Made by a program: the position numbers and the translations under genes. A stretch of DNA of 64,000 nucleotides, from positions 2,208,001 to 2,272,000 of the forward strand of contig CAWCKY010000006.1 of the NCBI GenBank assembly GCA_963796275.1, written 5' to 3'. Shown piece by piece: positions 39,415 through 49,034 of the stretch; positions within the stretch are counted from its first letter, which is position 1; each line of letters opens with the position of its first letter. The notes under the pieces were generated by a model. The model made no database searches. It was not told the origin of the DNA and was given only the letters and a program-made list of their open reading frames with translations. Origin of the DNA: an uncultured Acidobacteriota bacterium (GTDB taxonomy: Bacteria > Acidobacteriota > Blastocatellia > RBC074).

Positions 39415-40476
39415 ATGAGTTATTTATTTGAGCCATTAGAGATCAGGAGTCTGCGCTTTAGAAATCGTATCTTCGTTTCACCGATGTGCCAGTATTCGAG
39501 CGATGACGGCATGCCTCGCGATTGGCATCTCGTCCATTTAGGCAGTCGCGCCGTCGGAGGCGCGGCGTTGGTCATGGTAGAGGCGACCGCGGTCACGCCC
39601 GAAGGCAGGATTTCGCCGTACGATTCGGGGATCTGGTCGGATTCGCATGCGGAAGCCTTCCAACCAATCACAGCCTTCGTGAAATCGCAGGGAGCAGCGG
39701 TGGGAATTCAGATTGCCCACGCCGGGCGTAAAGCCTCCACCGATGTTCCGTGGCGCGGCGGTAAACCGCTCTCTCCTGAAGCCGGAGGTTGGCAACCCGT
39801 CGCACCGAGTGCGCTGCCATTCGCGGAAGGATATGCGAAGCCTCACGAATTGTCGGAGTGGGAGATTGACGAGGTGGTCGGATGCTTCGCCGAGGCTGCC
39901 CGCAGGGCTGAGCGGGCCGGCTTCGATGTCGTGGAGATTCATATGGCGCACGGCTATCTGCTGCACGAATTTCTTTCACCGCTCTCGAACCGGCGAAGTG
40001 ATCGATATGGCGGCGATCTCACCGGGCGCCTAAGCGTGCCGTTGAAGGTCGCCGCCGCTGTGCGTGAAACATTTCCTGCTCACTTGCCGGTTTTCGTACG
40101 CATCTCGTCGACCGATTGGGTGGAGAACGGTTGGGACCTGGAACAGTCGATCGTCTTCGCGCGCGAGTTGAAGAATGCAGGCATCGATTTGATCGATTGT
40201 TCGAGCGGAGGCAATGTCGCCGGCGCGTCTATACCCATCGCGCCTGGTTATCAAGTTCCGTTCGCCGCGGCAATCCGCAAGAGGGCGGGCATCAAAACCG
40301 GGGCTGTTGGAATGATCACCGATCCGCATCAGGCGGAACAGCTTATCGCGCACGGTGATGCCGATGCGGTACTGCTGGGAAGGGAATTGTTGCGTGATCC
40401 ATATTGGCCCCTGCGCGCCGCGAGGGCCCTGGGTGTGGATGTCTCCTATCCGGTGCAATACGAGCGAGCGAAATAA
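39415..40476 (+). CDS. NADH:flavin oxidoreductase (old yellow enzyme, YqjM/NamA type)
   Basis: SPMCQYS, HAGRKA, HMAHGYLLHEFLSP, PGYQVPFA, QYERA. Confidence 0.93.
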   Translation: MSYLFEPLEIRSLRFRNRIFVSPMCQYSSDDGMPRDWHLVHLGSRAVGGAALVMVEATAVTPEGRISPYDSGIWSDSHAEAFQPITAFVKSQGAAVGIQIAHAGRKASTDVPWRGGKPLSPEAGGWQPVAPSALPFAEGYAKPHELSEWEIDEVVGCFAEAARRAERAGFDVVEIHMAHGYLLHEFLSPLSNRRSDRYGGDLTGRLSVPLKVAAAVRETFPAHLPVFVRISSTDWVENGWDLEQSIVFARELKNAGIDLIDCSSGGNVAGASIPIAPGYQVPFAAAIRKRAGIKTGAVGMITDPHQAEQLIAHGDADAVLLGRELLRDPYWPLRAARALGVDVSYPVQYERAK

Positions 40477-40585
40477 TCAGCTCCATCGTGATGCGATAGA
40501 GTAAGCCAGGGTGGGTCTTTCATGATTCGCGCCTCGCTCCGTTAGGGGAGGGAATTGAAGAGGAAGGTTTTCACCTGGCGGGAAC

Positions 40586-40620
40586 CAGCCTCTTCGCTGC
40601 TAACGGCGGCGAAGAGGCTG
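40586..40620. terminator. Strong hairpin between convergent genes
   Basis: CAGCCTCTTCGCTGC-TAACG-GCGGCGAAGAGGCTG. No clear U tract. Confidence 0.5.
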
Positions 40621-40706
40621 ATCAGTTGCAAAATCCTCGAGAATTATACCGAATCACCTGTCAGGTTATTCCGTTCGTTCCGTTCTTGCTTTCGTACCTT
40701 GCTTTA

Positions 40707-43109
40707 TCAATCACAGTGTTTGTGGGACCGACAGGGATGGTCCTTATGGTCCTTATCGATCTTGATCCTGACTTCGTTATTATTCTCGATGATGGCTTCC
40801 ACTGTCTCCGTCGATCCCCGGTAGTCGACAGTAATATTGTATTTTCCTTTGAATCCGCGGACCTCGAAGCGGCCTGACCTGTCGGTAACTCCCGTTTCGT
40901 TTGTCCACCATTCTCGAAACAGCATATCGTTCCAGGCAAGCGCCGCCGGTTTCGAAGACCAGTCGGCGCGATACATTGCTGCAATAGGCGAATAGTGAGC
41001 ATTGGCCCAGAATCCCCACATCAGAAAATCATCGACTTTCGGCTGGCTGAAGATCATCCTCATAACATCGCGCATATACTCGGCCTGCAGGTCTTCATCC
41101 AAAGTGTTGAAATCGAATTCGGTCACCGCCAGCGTGACCGGCAATTGAGCATAGCGCGCGAGAATCGATTCCATCCGATCGAACATAGTGATTCGGTTGA
41201 AATGGCCCTGTATACCCACACCATCGATGGGCGCGCCATTGTCGATCAGCCATCTGATCAGTGTGAAATAATAGTCTTGATGGCGCACATCATCGCCACC
41301 GGCTGCGATGATGTCGTAATCGTTGATGAATAGTTTGGACCCGGGATCGAGAGTGCGGGCCATTTGAAACCACCGGATCATCTCCTGGTTTGGCAGAACG
41401 CCGTCAAACTGCGGAATGCCCTCGACGCCGCCGATGCGGCCCATGACATCGAAATTAGTGTATGGTTCGTTGATCACATCCCATTGATAGAGCCTTCCAT
41501 TGACGCCCACATCTCCCATGACGTCGTTGAATCGCGCGTCTATCCGCTGGCGCAGATCATCCGGGCCAAGGGTCATAAGGTCGGCGGGCATGAAGTTCCA
41601 TCCGGGCCAGATCACATTGTGGCCGCGGATCGGCAGCCCCCGTTCGGTCAACCACTCGATGGCGGCCCGAGTCTGCCCTTTATTGAAAGACGAACCGCAG
41701 TTCTCGCACTCCCACAGCCCCCATTTCAGGTCGTTTTCGAATACCGTGGTCGTGAAGTGGCTGGTCACCCGCGAGCGGTATGTGTCATTTTCGATGCCTT
41801 CGCCCATGAGTCTGGCGGCCGTAACCGCCGAACCGAATCTGAACGCATGATCGGCCTGTTGGACATAGACTTTCGCGCCGGGTAAGCGGCGGCCGTGCTT
41901 ATCCACCACCGACACGGTCAGGTCGCCCTTCCGAAACTGATCGATCCGCTCGTTGGCGGCCACTCGCCAGGGCGCGGTGGCATCACCCCGTGTTGGGTAA
42001 TAGAAGAACGTGGGCAATTGATCGGGGCTGACGTTTTGCCCGTAATTTATCAGCTCGATCCCGCCGATTTCGAACCTCTGGGGGCCGTATGCGAATTGAA
42101 AGGCCAACTGCGCCTCGCCAGGGGCGAAGTCTGCGCTCGCTCTGAAGAGCATCTGAAAGAGCCGCCATTGATCGGAATCATTGGGCAGATTGATTGTCAG
42201 CGATTTTTCGAAATTCCCGCTGTTCCGCTCGAAGATGACCTGCCCGCGAATGATACCGTTATCGACAGGCTCCAGCTTGCGCGCCCAAAACGTCAACCTC
42301 ATCAGGTCGTTCCTTTGGATCGGGGTTGCAGTTGTCCATCCCAGCCCCGAGTTGTAGACGAATGCAGAATCGCCGTCGTGTCTTATCTGGTAGCCCTGGG
42401 TGAATGATTGTCCTTCGACCGTAATGGGCAGGACCTGGCCGCCGACGCTGCTGTCGATATATGCGTAGTTACTTTGATAAACGTTCTCAGGCAGGACCGA
42501 GACGGCTGTCGGAGGAGCGGGCGGCGTGGGGCCAAAGTTGACGGCGCTGATGCCGCCGATCTCGAACGTTTGCGGGCCGTAAGCGAACTGAAAGACCACT
42601 TGCGCATGACCGGCGGAAAAATCGGCCGAGGCTTTGAATGGGATGACATATTTCGTCCAAACATTGCTGTCGCAAGGGAACGGCGTTAAAAGCGAGCTGG
42701 TGCTTGAATGGCCCGCCGCTTCAAACCCGACAAAACCGCGAATGTTATCCCCATTGAGCGGCGCGATCTTTCGTATCCAGAACGTGATCTGCAGATTATC
42801 GCCCTGGTTAACCGACTTCACCGTGCGCCATTCGATCCCCGCATCATCAATGTCCCGAGAGGTCCCGGCGACCGTTATCCGATATCCACGATCGAAGGGT
42901 TGATCGCTGACCTTGATCAAAGAGGCCCTGGCGTTTGCGCCCACGTGCTTCTTCTGATCATAGATTTTGTCGGGCAGAATCGAAACGCCGTCTTGCGCGC
43001 TGGCGATTCGGGGTAGACACACGCAAATAAAAAACGTCAACAACAATACGACCGTCCGTGTTGCATTTTTAGAGTACGGCTGGAGGCGTTGATTCTTTTG
43101 TGCAGGCAT
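40707..43109 (-). CDS. GH10 endo-xylanase-like protein with two tandem CBM-like domains
   Basis: ENDLKW, RGHNVIW, WDVINEP (acid/base), QGH, VTEFD (nucleophile), duplicated FQFAYGPQ.FEIGGI modules, signal peptide. Confidence 0.88.
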   Translation of the reverse strand: MPAQKNQRLQPYSKNATRTVVLLLTFFICVCLPRIASAQDGVSILPDKIYDQKKHVGANARASLIKVSDQPFDRGYRITVAGTSRDIDDAGIEWRTVKSVNQGDNLQITFWIRKIAPLNGDNIRGFVGFEAAGHSSTSSLLTPFPCDSNVWTKYVIPFKASADFSAGHAQVVFQFAYGPQTFEIGGISAVNFGPTPPAPPTAVSVLPENVYQSNYAYIDSSVGGQVLPITVEGQSFTQGYQIRHDGDSAFVYNSGLGWTTATPIQRNDLMRLTFWARKLEPVDNGIIRGQVIFERNSGNFEKSLTINLPNDSDQWRLFQMLFRASADFAPGEAQLAFQFAYGPQRFEIGGIELINYGQNVSPDQLPTFFYYPTRGDATAPWRVAANERIDQFRKGDLTVSVVDKHGRRLPGAKVYVQQADHAFRFGSAVTAARLMGEGIENDTYRSRVTSHFTTTVFENDLKWGLWECENCGSSFNKGQTRAAIEWLTERGLPIRGHNVIWPGWNFMPADLMTLGPDDLRQRIDARFNDVMGDVGVNGRLYQWDVINEPYTNFDVMGRIGGVEGIPQFDGVLPNQEMIRWFQMARTLDPGSKLFINDYDIIAAGGDDVRHQDYYFTLIRWLIDNGAPIDGVGIQGHFNRITMFDRMESILARYAQLPVTLAVTEFDFNTLDEDLQAEYMRDVMRMIFSQPKVDDFLMWGFWANAHYSPIAAMYRADWSSKPAALAWNDMLFREWWTNETGVTDRSGRFEVRGFKGKYNITVDYRGSTETVEAIIENNNEVRIKIDKDHKDHPCRSHKHCD

Positions 43110-43948
43110 AGAGGACTCCTCGATTTTAAACAACGTGTTGGTAACTTCGAGCGTAGTCTGACGATACGTCGATTGAAAAGATTTATTCCCCCGGAACACA
43201 GAAACCCAATCCGAGGGGGAGTTACAATTGTAGGTGCATTAGTTTAACTGCCCAGGTACATCGGCGCGGCATTATAGCAGCGCTTGACCGGATCGCGAAA
43301 TCGTAGGACGAACTCGGCCTTTGTCCCCTCGCTATTGCCGGGTAATGAGAGAGGCATCCAATCCAAAGATGCGGTTGTGCGACGCCTCCTATGCAATGGC
43401 AAGTAGATTGGTTACTTTTTTACTGATCAGTTGCGCACGTCTCAGATTTAATATACGATCTCGCGCCATATACAGAGTAATCAAACTGACAAACAAAAAT
43501 TTGAATCGCTCGTTTTGACGGTGAATCTGCTTGAGAAGGTCTATCTCGCCTTAGATCAAGTTGGCGGATGATAGTCTACCTGTATAGCTGTCTGCGGCTC
43601 GACCAGCAGTCAATTTTATGCGGTGATTACACAGCAGCGGTACGCTGTGTTCCATAGACCTCACACCTAGGCGCGAGCCGAAGTGAATCAAGTAACTGGG
43701 CCAGTGCGCCCGGTCTAAAAGCCAGAACATCGCGCCCTTGTCAAACTGAACCTAGCCGCGGATGTCCCGAGCGGCTGCGAGGCGTGGATCAAGATAAATT
43801 GATCCTATAGTCCTCTCCGGTTCAGACGACGGCGTCATCAATCGCGTAACTGTAGATATGTAATAGTGCGGCTGGTTGAAGGGTACTGACCCGCCCAGGT
43901 ACGAGAGTAGTGTAAGCGATCCCACAACTTCTATTTCAATCGAGGACC

Positions 43949-46900
43949 TTGAATATGACGTTTAAAATCCCACGAACGAGAAAGAAATTACACCCGAATT
44001 GGAGCATATTTGCGATCACCTTACTGGCCGGTTTGCTGTTCCAACCAATCGATGTGCTCGCACAGAGCGGTGCGGGATCGATTCAGGGCACGATTCAGGA
44101 TCCGTCGGCCGCAACAGTCCCAGGCAGTGCGGTCAGGGTCGTGAATCAGCGAACGGGTGTCGCGTACGATACTACCTCGAACAGTGCGGGGTTCTATTCA
44201 GTGCCGGGCCTGTTTGTGGGCAGCTATACGATCACATTCAGCGCGCCGGGGATGAAGACGTATAAGACTGAACTCACGCTTCAGGATGCGCAGAATGCCA
44301 TCCTCAATCCGACGCTGACGGTGGGCGACGTGACGGAGCAGGTGGTCGTGACGGGCGATGCCTTCCAACAAGTCACGTACGACAGCGGCACGGTGAGCAC
44401 GCACCTCGATGTCACGCGCATCGACCAGCTTCCGCAGAATGGGCGCAATCTGCTTGGGTTAGCTGCAGCGACGACGCCGGGTCTTGAAGGGAATGGGACT
44501 CGCGCGAATGGGCTCATGCAGGAGGGGCTCGAATATACGCAGGACGGGGCGCCGATGACCAATCGCAACTTCGGCGGAGTATCCAATTCGGCGCAGGCTA
44601 CCCTGCCCGATCCGGATTCCGTGCAGGAGGTTAAGATCGAGACGCTCAACTCCAGCGCACAATTCGCCACACCAGCCACGGCGATTATCACCACCAAGTC
44701 GGGAACGAATCAGTTCCACGGCTCGTTGTTCGAGACCCATCGAAACAACGCGATCGGTATTGCGCGAGCGCGGCAGGATCCGGCCGATTTCGCGGCTCCT
44801 CATTTAATCCGCAATGAATTGGGCGCTTCGGTCGGAGGGCCGATCATTATCCCCAAGCTCTATAACGGCACATCCAGGTCGTTCTTCTTTTTCGCTTATG
44901 AGCGCTTCTCGCTCAGGCGGGCTGCGAATCAGTTGGTATCGGTGCCGACGGTGGCGATGAGAAACGGCGATTTCAGCGGATTGGTCAACAATCAGGGCAT
45001 CAAGATAACCTTGTACGATCCCAACACTACGCAGGGAAGCGATTTTCGGCGCACTCCGTTCCCGAACAACCAGATTCCGCTCGATCGCCAGAGTCCTCTG
45101 GCCAGGGCGCTCTATGCCGCTACACCGCTTCCCACCTCCGCCGATAATCCGCTCATCCGCCCCAACTTTACCGATGTGAATCACATCACCCATACGGTAC
45201 CCAATTCCACCTCCCGGCTGGATCACGTCTTCGATCAGAACAACCGGGTTTATCTCCGGTTCACCCACATCGATCAGTCGGAGCGATCGCTGCGCAACTA
45301 CCCTGAATCATCACCGGCCAACATCGCTGGCGGAGGGTTGCCCGCAGGCGCCACGGGATATGAGGCAACTCCGATCCAGACCACCAGCGCGGCACTGGGA
45401 TATACGCACCTCTTCTCCGCCACCTTCTTTTCAGAGACGATCGTGAGCCAGCAATGGCAGAGGATGTATGTTGAGGGCGGTGGCGACGTCAATCAGAATT
45501 ATGAACGACTGTTGGGCCTGCCCAACAACTTCAACCAGACGGGTTTCCCGACCATCGGAGCAGATCTGATCATGCCTTACGGCGGCTCTCAGTTTAACTA
45601 CGGCATGAGTCAGATATTGACGACTATCGACGAGAACATGACGAAGATCTGGGGGAACCATCAGTTTGCGTTTGGCGGACGCTACCGACACGAGCGTTTC
45701 GGCTATCTGCCGGACCGGAGCGCCGATACTATCGCGTTCACGAACCAGGCGACCGCGTTGTACAATCCCCAAACGGGGCCAAACTACGGCGCTATGCCAT
45801 ACACGGGATTCCCGGACGCCGATTTCTTCCTCGGCGCGGCGAGTTCTTATAGCCAAGTTAAGAACGCTCCTTTCGGGCGCTTCCGCGAGCAGGAGATCGA
45901 CTTCTACTTCCAGGACAACTTCCGCGTGAACAGCAAGCTCACGCTCAATCTAGGGCTGCGTTGGGAGATGCATCCGGCGCCACATACGGAAGACGGTATC
46001 CTTCCCAGTTTCGATCTCAAGAATAATGCCATCGTTCTCCCCAACCCCCTGCAGTTCTATGTCGACAAGGGATATACGACGCAGGGAATCATCACCAACA
46101 TGGAGAATCTGGGAGTCAAATTCATGACTCCCGAGCAGGCCGGAATTCCCAGAGCCGGGATATTCAATAGTATGGCCAATTTCAATCCACGAATCGGGTT
46201 CGCCTATACTCCCTTTTCGAAGTGGGGCACCGTGATGCGCGGCGGATATGGCGATTACATCTATCCGGTCCCGATTCGCAATTCGGTCAGGGTTCCCATA
46301 GCGTCGCTTCCATTCCGAGCATCGTACTCGCAAAGCTACACGACTGCGGCGCAGTCGCCGGACGGGCTCCGCAACTATTTGTTACGTAACCCACAATCTG
46401 TGATCGCCGGACTGAACAGCGCCAATGTAGTGAACACCAATACGACCGACGCGCTGCTTCCCGGAATCGCGTTAAGTACGCTCGATCAGTATTATCCCCC
46501 CGCGCGCGTGAAGCAGGCTAACCTAACGATCGAGCAGCCGATCAAGGGCAGCGTACTCCGCGTCACTTACCTGTTCACGCATGGGTCGAACCTGGATCAG
46601 AATTACCAGTACAATGTCAATCCGTCGGCATATGTCTGGCAAACAACCACTGGAGAGCCGCTGCCGACCGGACGATATGAATCGACGGCGACGCGCCCCT
46701 ATGATCAGAGGATATGGGGCACGAACGTGGTCTCCACGAAGTATGGATTCTCCAATAACAGCGCCTTGCAGGTGAACTTCCAGCGACGCTTCGACAAGGG
46801 CTACGCGTTCCAGATATTCTACGTCTATTCGAGAGCTTTCCGGGTGGGCGGAAACACTTTCCGCGACAACGTCCTCTATCCTGCTGCATCCTATGCGCAA

Positions 46901-47677
46901 GGCATTATTCCGGCAGGTATGGACACCGGGACGCTCGAAAGTCCGAGCCGAGAGCTGAACCGCTGGCAGAACTATCGCGAAGATATCGATATTCCCAAAC
47001 ATCACATCAGATTCAACGGAGTCGTCGATCTGCCATTCGGGAAAGGGAGGCGCCTGCTGCGAAGTTCCAACGGCCTGGTGGATGCTCTGATCGGCGGGTA
47101 TCAGATGGCGTTCACCGGTGAGGTTCGCTCGCAATCATTCCGACTGGGCGCATCGAACTGGGGATCGAGCGGCAACGTCAAGCTGTATAAGAGCGGTGTG
47201 CCGATCACCGATTGCATCAGCGGCGTGTGCCGCGATGCATATATGTGGTTCAACGGATACATCGCGCCGAATTTGATCAACACGCCCGATGGAGTCATGG
47301 GGCTTCCTGCCGACTATGTTCCGTATCAGACGCCGATCAACAACACCTACGGGATGGAGTATTTCGGGACCAATAACGTGACCGTCAAGCTGAAAGACGG
47401 AAAATCGGTGGTGACGGCATATAACCCCGGCCCCGCGGGAGCGAATCCGTTCGCGCAGACGGTGCTGCCCGGCCCGTTCAACTACGTCGCTGACGTGTCG
47501 CTCTTCAAGACCTTCTCGATCACCGAGCAGGTCAAGCTGAGATTTAATATCGATGCATTCAACGCGTTCAATATTCAGGGTCGCCGCAATCCGGACGCCA
47601 CGACTGGTATTCAGCAGTTACAGATGTCCTATTGGACGCCGCGGCAGGTTCAGGTCTCAGTTCGACTGTCATTCTGA
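43949..47677 (+). CDS. Oar-like TonB-dependent receptor with carboxypeptidase-regulatory N-domain
   Basis: AQSGAGSIQGTIQD, LPQNGRN, TKSGTNQFHGS, FQDNFRV..KLTLNLGLRWE, C-terminal RLSF. Confidence 0.92.
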   Translation: MNMTFKIPRTRKKLHPNWSIFAITLLAGLLFQPIDVLAQSGAGSIQGTIQDPSAATVPGSAVRVVNQRTGVAYDTTSNSAGFYSVPGLFVGSYTITFSAPGMKTYKTELTLQDAQNAILNPTLTVGDVTEQVVVTGDAFQQVTYDSGTVSTHLDVTRIDQLPQNGRNLLGLAAATTPGLEGNGTRANGLMQEGLEYTQDGAPMTNRNFGGVSNSAQATLPDPDSVQEVKIETLNSSAQFATPATAIITTKSGTNQFHGSLFETHRNNAIGIARARQDPADFAAPHLIRNELGASVGGPIIIPKLYNGTSRSFFFFAYERFSLRRAANQLVSVPTVAMRNGDFSGLVNNQGIKITLYDPNTTQGSDFRRTPFPNNQIPLDRQSPLARALYAATPLPTSADNPLIRPNFTDVNHITHTVPNSTSRLDHVFDQNNRVYLRFTHIDQSERSLRNYPESSPANIAGGGLPAGATGYEATPIQTTSAALGYTHLFSATFFSETIVSQQWQRMYVEGGGDVNQNYERLLGLPNNFNQTGFPTIGADLIMPYGGSQFNYGMSQILTTIDENMTKIWGNHQFAFGGRYRHERFGYLPDRSADTIAFTNQATALYNPQTGPNYGAMPYTGFPDADFFLGAASSYSQVKNAPFGRFREQEIDFYFQDNFRVNSKLTLNLGLRWEMHPAPHTEDGILPSFDLKNNAIVLPNPLQFYVDKGYTTQGIITNMENLGVKFMTPEQAGIPRAGIFNSMANFNPRIGFAYTPFSKWGTVMRGGYGDYIYPVPIRNSVRVPIASLPFRASYSQSYTTAAQSPDGLRNYLLRNPQSVIAGLNSANVVNTNTTDALLPGIALSTLDQYYPPARVKQANLTIEQPIKGSVLRVTYLFTHGSNLDQNYQYNVNPSAYVWQTTTGEPLPTGRYESTATRPYDQRIWGTNVVSTKYGFSNNSALQVNFQRRFDKGYAFQIFYVYSRAFRVGGNTFRDNVLYPAASYAQGIIPAGMDTGTLESPSRELNRWQNYREDIDIPKHHIRFNGVVDLPFGKGRRLLRSSNGLVDALIGGYQMAFTGEVRSQSFRLGASNWGSSGNVKLYKSGVPITDCISGVCRDAYMWFNGYIAPNLINTPDGVMGLPADYVPYQTPINNTYGMEYFGTNNVTVKLKDGKSVVTAYNPGPAGANPFAQTVLPGPFNYVADVSLFKTFSITEQVKLRFNIDAFNAFNIQGRRNPDATTGIQQLQMSYWTPRQVQVSVRLSF

Positions 47678-47779
47678 GCATTTCGCTCGGCGGTCATACA
47701 GCCAAAGAGTATTGTATCAAGTAATCTCATTCGGCGATTTCGCAGGCTCCAGGTTGGGGCTTATAACCAATTGACGCGC

Positions 47780-48355
47780 TCAATGTCCTTCCTTCGACTG
47801 TCTCCCCTTGCGCGAGAGTCTGATCGCGGCTTCCCAACGACTGCGCCAGATTGTCCGCCGTCTACGAGAGAATTCAGCCAACGCCGTGCGCATTCGCAGA
47901 CCCAGGCGATGTGCAGCTTTGTATATGCTGGTGGATTTGATCGCTGCATGGATTCGTGTCTTGAAGGACTGGAACCGCGTATACAGCCACGCAAACCAAT
48001 TGATGCGCACCAGATTAGGCTGGGTCAAAACGAAGATTCGCGCGACCAGGGCCGTTCCGGCGATCTTGGCGGCAATGACCGTCGTCAACCCTAATATCGG
48101 CTGACCGTGGGCGATGAGATAGAGGGCGGCCAATTTTACGGGAATGAGCAACAACGACGGCGCCCCGAACAATGCCAACGCGGCGTAAGGCGGTAATCCG
48201 GCGATGAGCGATTCGAACTGTCGTAACAGCGGAAGATGGCCGATGGCCGCGGCGACGCGCTGAAGGTCGTCCCAGAGCCATTCTTCAAACAGAACGATGA
48301 TCGCCGCGATAAGAACGAACGGCGCGGCCAGCAATTGCTTCAGTAGCTTCTTCAT
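47780..48355 (-). CDS. Hypothetical membrane protein
   Basis: FEEWLWD, LPPYAALALF..P, K..GTALVAR. Hydrophobic helices and a basic tail. Confidence 0.7.
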   Translation of the reverse strand: MKKLLKQLLAAPFVLIAAIIVLFEEWLWDDLQRVAAAIGHLPLLRQFESLIAGLPPYAALALFGAPSLLLIPVKLAALYLIAHGQPILGLTTVIAAKIAGTALVARIFVLTQPNLVRINWFAWLYTRFQSFKTRIHAAIKSTSIYKAAHRLGLRMRTALAEFSRRRRTIWRSRWEAAIRLSRKGRQSKEGH

Positions 48356-48551
48356 CTAGTTTCACATTGCAAATCCGTTGCCGTTGAAATCGGATGATCA
48401 TTGTCGATCTACCCTGCGCCAGATTGACAGCGATCACCCAGTGGAAGCGGACTAACTTGTTCTGATCCGTCGTTGTAATACGAAGGGGGAGGGAAGCCGA
48501 TCACGCCCTTGAGCATGAAATCGACGTTTTCGGGGTAAGCCATATCGAGAA

Positions 48552-48596
48552 CTACGAAGAATTTCGTTGACATCTACGAAAGTCTTCGTGTATAAG
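48552..48596 (+). promoter_or_regulatory. Sigma70 promoter overlapped by two BlaI-type operators
   Basis: TTGACA (48567-72) N18 TATAAG (48591-96). CTACGAA-N4-TTCGT occurs twice. Confidence 0.75.
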
Positions 48597-48644
48597 CTTG
48601 CTCACAGAAAATCCCGAAAACTGAAATTCGGAAAGGGGCTGAAT

Positions 48645-49034
48645 GTGGGCAAACAAGATTCATCGCGGCCGACCGATGCTGAGCTGGCCATTTTGCGAGT
48701 GCTATGGAGTCGCGGGTCGAGCACAGTCCGCCAGGTACAAGAAGTACTTAGTCAGGACCGCGAAACCGGTTACACCACCGTGCTGAAATTAATGCAGATC
48801 ATGACCGAGAAAGGATTGGTCGAGCGGGACGAATCTGAACGAACGCATGTCTATCAGGCGAGGTTTACGCAGGAGCAGACTCAACAGCGACTCGTGAGTG
48901 ATCTGCTTGAAAAGGCTTTCGGTGGCTCGGCGTCGCAATTGGTGATGCGGGCGTTGGCGGCCAAGCCGGCCTCGGCTAATGAACTGGCGCAAATCCGGCG
49001 CCTGCTGGATGAGTTGGAGGGAGGCAAACAATGA
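48645..49034 (+). CDS. BlaI/MecI/CopY repressor
   Basis: PTDAELAILRVLW, YTTVLKLMQIM.EKGLV, FGGS..LV. GTG start. Confidence 0.93.
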   Translation: MGKQDSSRPTDAELAILRVLWSRGSSTVRQVQEVLSQDRETGYTTVLKLMQIMTEKGLVERDESERTHVYQARFTQEQTQQRLVSDLLEKAFGGSASQLVMRALAAKPASANELAQIRRLLDELEGGKQ

